Positions 61,368 to 64,000 of a stretch of DNA of 64,000 nt are shown here, in pieces (the first letter of the stretch is position 1; the number at the start of each line of letters is the position of its first letter). The stretch spans positions 2,914,001 through 2,978,000 of the forward strand of contig OZ218963.1 of the NCBI GenBank assembly GCA_965112735.1, given 5' to 3'. The notes beneath the pieces are model-generated. The model had not been told where the DNA came from. It did no database searches and was given only the letters and a program-made list of their open reading frames with translations. Both the position numbers and the translations under genes were made by a program. Source of the DNA: Phaeosaccion multiseriatum (lineage: Eukaryota; Protista; Ochrophyta, other classes).

Positions 61368-63927
61368 GCTCGTCGAGACGTGGCCCGGTGCAGTGAAACA
61401 CACTTCCCCACCCCTTGTCGAGTCCTGCCTAGGGTCCACGGCGTCACGTCCACTCTAGGACCATGCGTCACACCATCACGTCCACTCTTTACCTCCTCCT
61501 CCTCCCCCTTCCCTCCAATCTCCCCCCTCTCAGGCCAACCGCTGCTCCAACCTCGCCTGCGGGGCGTTTGTAGGGACGGTGAAGAAGGTGTCAGGCTCCA
61601 ACACCTTGAAGCTCATTCACGAGAGGTACAAGGGCAAACACGCTGAGGACGCCTACGGAGAACTCGTGGATGAAATGGCGGAGGCCTCCCTGTACAATGC
61701 GGAGTTTTCGCAGCATATGGCCAAGGTGGGGTCCGTTTCCTTGGCCAAGCGTCGGGGGGGGTGGGGTGGGGCTTCTTGTTTTGGGGAGGGGCAAAGCACG
61801 CACCCCGCGTATACGCACCACGCCCCCCGCACGCGTACACACACACGCACACGCACACGCATGCACACGATGGCGCGATAGAGCAAGAGAGCAAGGGGAG
61901 GGACTTGTAGGGATAGAGCAAGAGAGCCTCACCTCACTTGTGCCCCACACCACCTGTATCCCACCCATCCACAATTCTCTTCCACGCATCCCTCTCCTAT
62001 TCTATTGCGCGTTATTAACGCACAACCCACACACGTTCACGCACAATTGCACACGCAGGTGCAAGAGGACCTGACGCCCGTTAAGGTGCTCGAGCTCTTC
62101 ACTAAAATGACGGACGAGGACGCTGAGCTGTTGTGGATGGACCCCGGGGTCGGGCGGCCCGAGAATCTACTGGTGCAGAAGCTGCTGGTGCCGCCTGTGC
62201 CCATTCGGCCGTCGGTGGCCATGGACGTTGGAGGTGGTAGTAACGAGGACGACCTCACCGTCAAGCTGCAGGCAAGGAGGGCGGTCGGGGCTTATCTGTA
62301 CCTACGTATCTACATACGTGTCATACATGCGTCTTTCATGGGCTTCTATTCATTCGAGCGTTTCGCCTCCCTTCTTTGAACGTCGTTCCATGTGTCCTGG
62401 ACATGTCAATGGGTATTGTTCTTGTCATTCCTTCCGTCTGACGTGCCTATACTTCCTCCTCCTCCTCCTCCTCCTCCTCAGGAGATAATCGATGTGAACA
62501 ACGCTCTCCGAGTGGCGCTCGAGAAGGGGGCGACGATGAAGATGATCATGGAAGACTGGGACTTCCTTCAGGTGTGTGTGTGTGTGTTGCAGCGGCCCTT
62601 GCCCTTGAGGAGAGCCGAGGTCCCTTCTTCTCCCTCTTGCCCGTGCTCTGACTCTTACCCTTGCCCTTGAGGAGAGCCGAGGTCCCTTCTTCTCCCTCTT
62701 GCCCGTGCTCTGACTCCTACCCTTGCCCTTGAGGAGAGCCGAGGTCCCTTCTTCTCCCTCTTGCCCGTGCTCTGACTCCTACCCTTGCCCTTGACTCTCC
62801 GAGTCGTTCGTGGCTGTACTTGCGCTGTATTGGCTATGCTTCCCTCTTGGGGCACTGGTGATGTGTGTGTGTGAAGCTTTGGCTCTCCCAGTGAAACCCT
62901 TATTCCCCCTTCTCTGTGTGGCTCTCTCCCCCTCTCTCTCCCTCTTTCTCTCTGTGTGTGTCTCTTTTTCTCTCCTTTTCTCTCTCTCTTTGTCGGACGT
63001 GGGGGGGGGTCATGTATGTAGGTGCAAGTGGCGCAATACATCAATGGGGAGATGCCGGGCTTACCTCGGCCACTTGGTGCCAGCCGCCCCATCAGAGGCC
63101 TCTGTCAGCGGCTCAAAGGAAAGAGCGGTCGATTCAGGGGCAACCTCTCGGGTAAGGGACAAGTGCAGGATGAAGGATGAAGCAGTAGCGGCACATGGGT
63201 GGGGGGGGGGGAGTAAGAAGGATATGGAAGAATATGGTGTTTGAATGTTCACAGTCCATTCAAGTTGGTTCATTTCCTCCTCCGCCTCCTCCTCCACCTT
63301 CTCCTTCTTCTCCTCCTCCTCGTCCTCCGGCTCCTCCTCCGCCTCCTCCTCCCCCACCTCCTCCTCCTCCACCACCCTCCTCCTCCTCCTCCTCCTCCCC
63401 CTCCTCCTCCTCCTCCTCCACCACCACCACCTCCACCTCGTCCACCACCCCACGCGTCCTTGACTAAAGGCAAACGAGTGGACTTCAGCGGGCGGACGGT
63501 GATATCGCCGGATCCGAACCTTCGGGTAGACCAGGTCAGTACAACGAAACAGAGCCCCATGCCATGGGGAGGGGGGAGAAGATTGCCCCGAAACGGTACA
63601 CTCACGTTTGCATAGCATGTAGATTTGAAGGAGAGCGTGCCCAGGCCTTGCTTGTTTCTCTCGACCCTCATGCCTTCATGCCTTCACTCCCTCTTGTTTT
63701 TGCTCTTCCTTCCTTCTCGGTGCTCCTCGCCTACCCCGCTCTTTGTTGCTCTGTGCGCATCCTGCTGCGGCACTGCTGCACACGCTCGCCTCTGTTCTCT
63801 CGTGTGACGACACACATACACAAACGCACACGCGTTGGTGATACAGGTCGGAGTGCCGGAGAGGGTGGCAAGAATCATGACCTATCCGGAAATGGTCAAC
63901 AAGTACAACATTCACAAGCTCAGAAAG
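60372..63927 (+). CDS. RPC1: RNA polymerase III largest subunit, 5' part; continues beyond the window
   Basis: [97 protein letters not shown]; GNLS and EDWDFLQ point to Pol III. Confidence 0.93.
62596..62792 (+). repeat. Intronic 62-bp minisatellite, 3 copies, in RPC1
   Basis: Unit CCCTTGCCCTTGAGGAGAGCCGAGGTCCCTTCTTCTCCCTCTTGCCCGTGCTCTGACTC(T/C)TA starting at 62596, 62658 and 62720. Confidence 0.92.
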
Positions 63928-64000
63928 TGAGGGAGTGTGTGATACGGGGCGGGGGGGGGGCATGTACAGGAGAGAGATGGAAGAGCTTTGGACTGACAAC

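Noticed and set aside
1-64000. Numerous ORF-track entries such as VCVCVC, THTHTH, PSFLPSFL and RKEGRKEG; also tRNA/rRNA genes
   Set aside because: The ORFs are translations of intronic microsatellites. No cloverleaf or rRNA-like sequence was recognised by eye.

Overview
This is a eukaryotic, GC-rich, intron-rich window full of microsatellites. It probably comes from a photosynthetic stramenopile (ochrophyte): two plastid proteins have a signal peptide ending in 'A-F', an ASAFAP-type bipartite leader. It holds about 12 multi-exon genes: the 3' end of stromal processing peptidase, a divergent CK2 beta with a Gly-rich tail, an SPX-EXS (XPR1/PHO1) phosphate exporter, a ZNF830-like gene, a small MGxxxS protein, kinesin-3 with FHA, TM9SF, an LRR-IQ-WW protein, a Deg protease, a large coiled-coil orphan, a plastid type I signal peptidase and the 5' part of RPC1. 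There is also a degraded orphan ORF. The main accessory signal is a group of non-autonomous DNA transposons (MITEs) with TCG...CGA ends and 6-bp target-site duplications (TSDs). There are eight copies in about three subfamilies, six of them in a nested stack at 45055-46364. The copy at 23522-23731 duplicated CCAGGT, so a GT..AG splice would exactly restore the interrupted reading frame (introner-like). Two further foldback elements are present. Exon boundaries were read by eye and no database search was possible.
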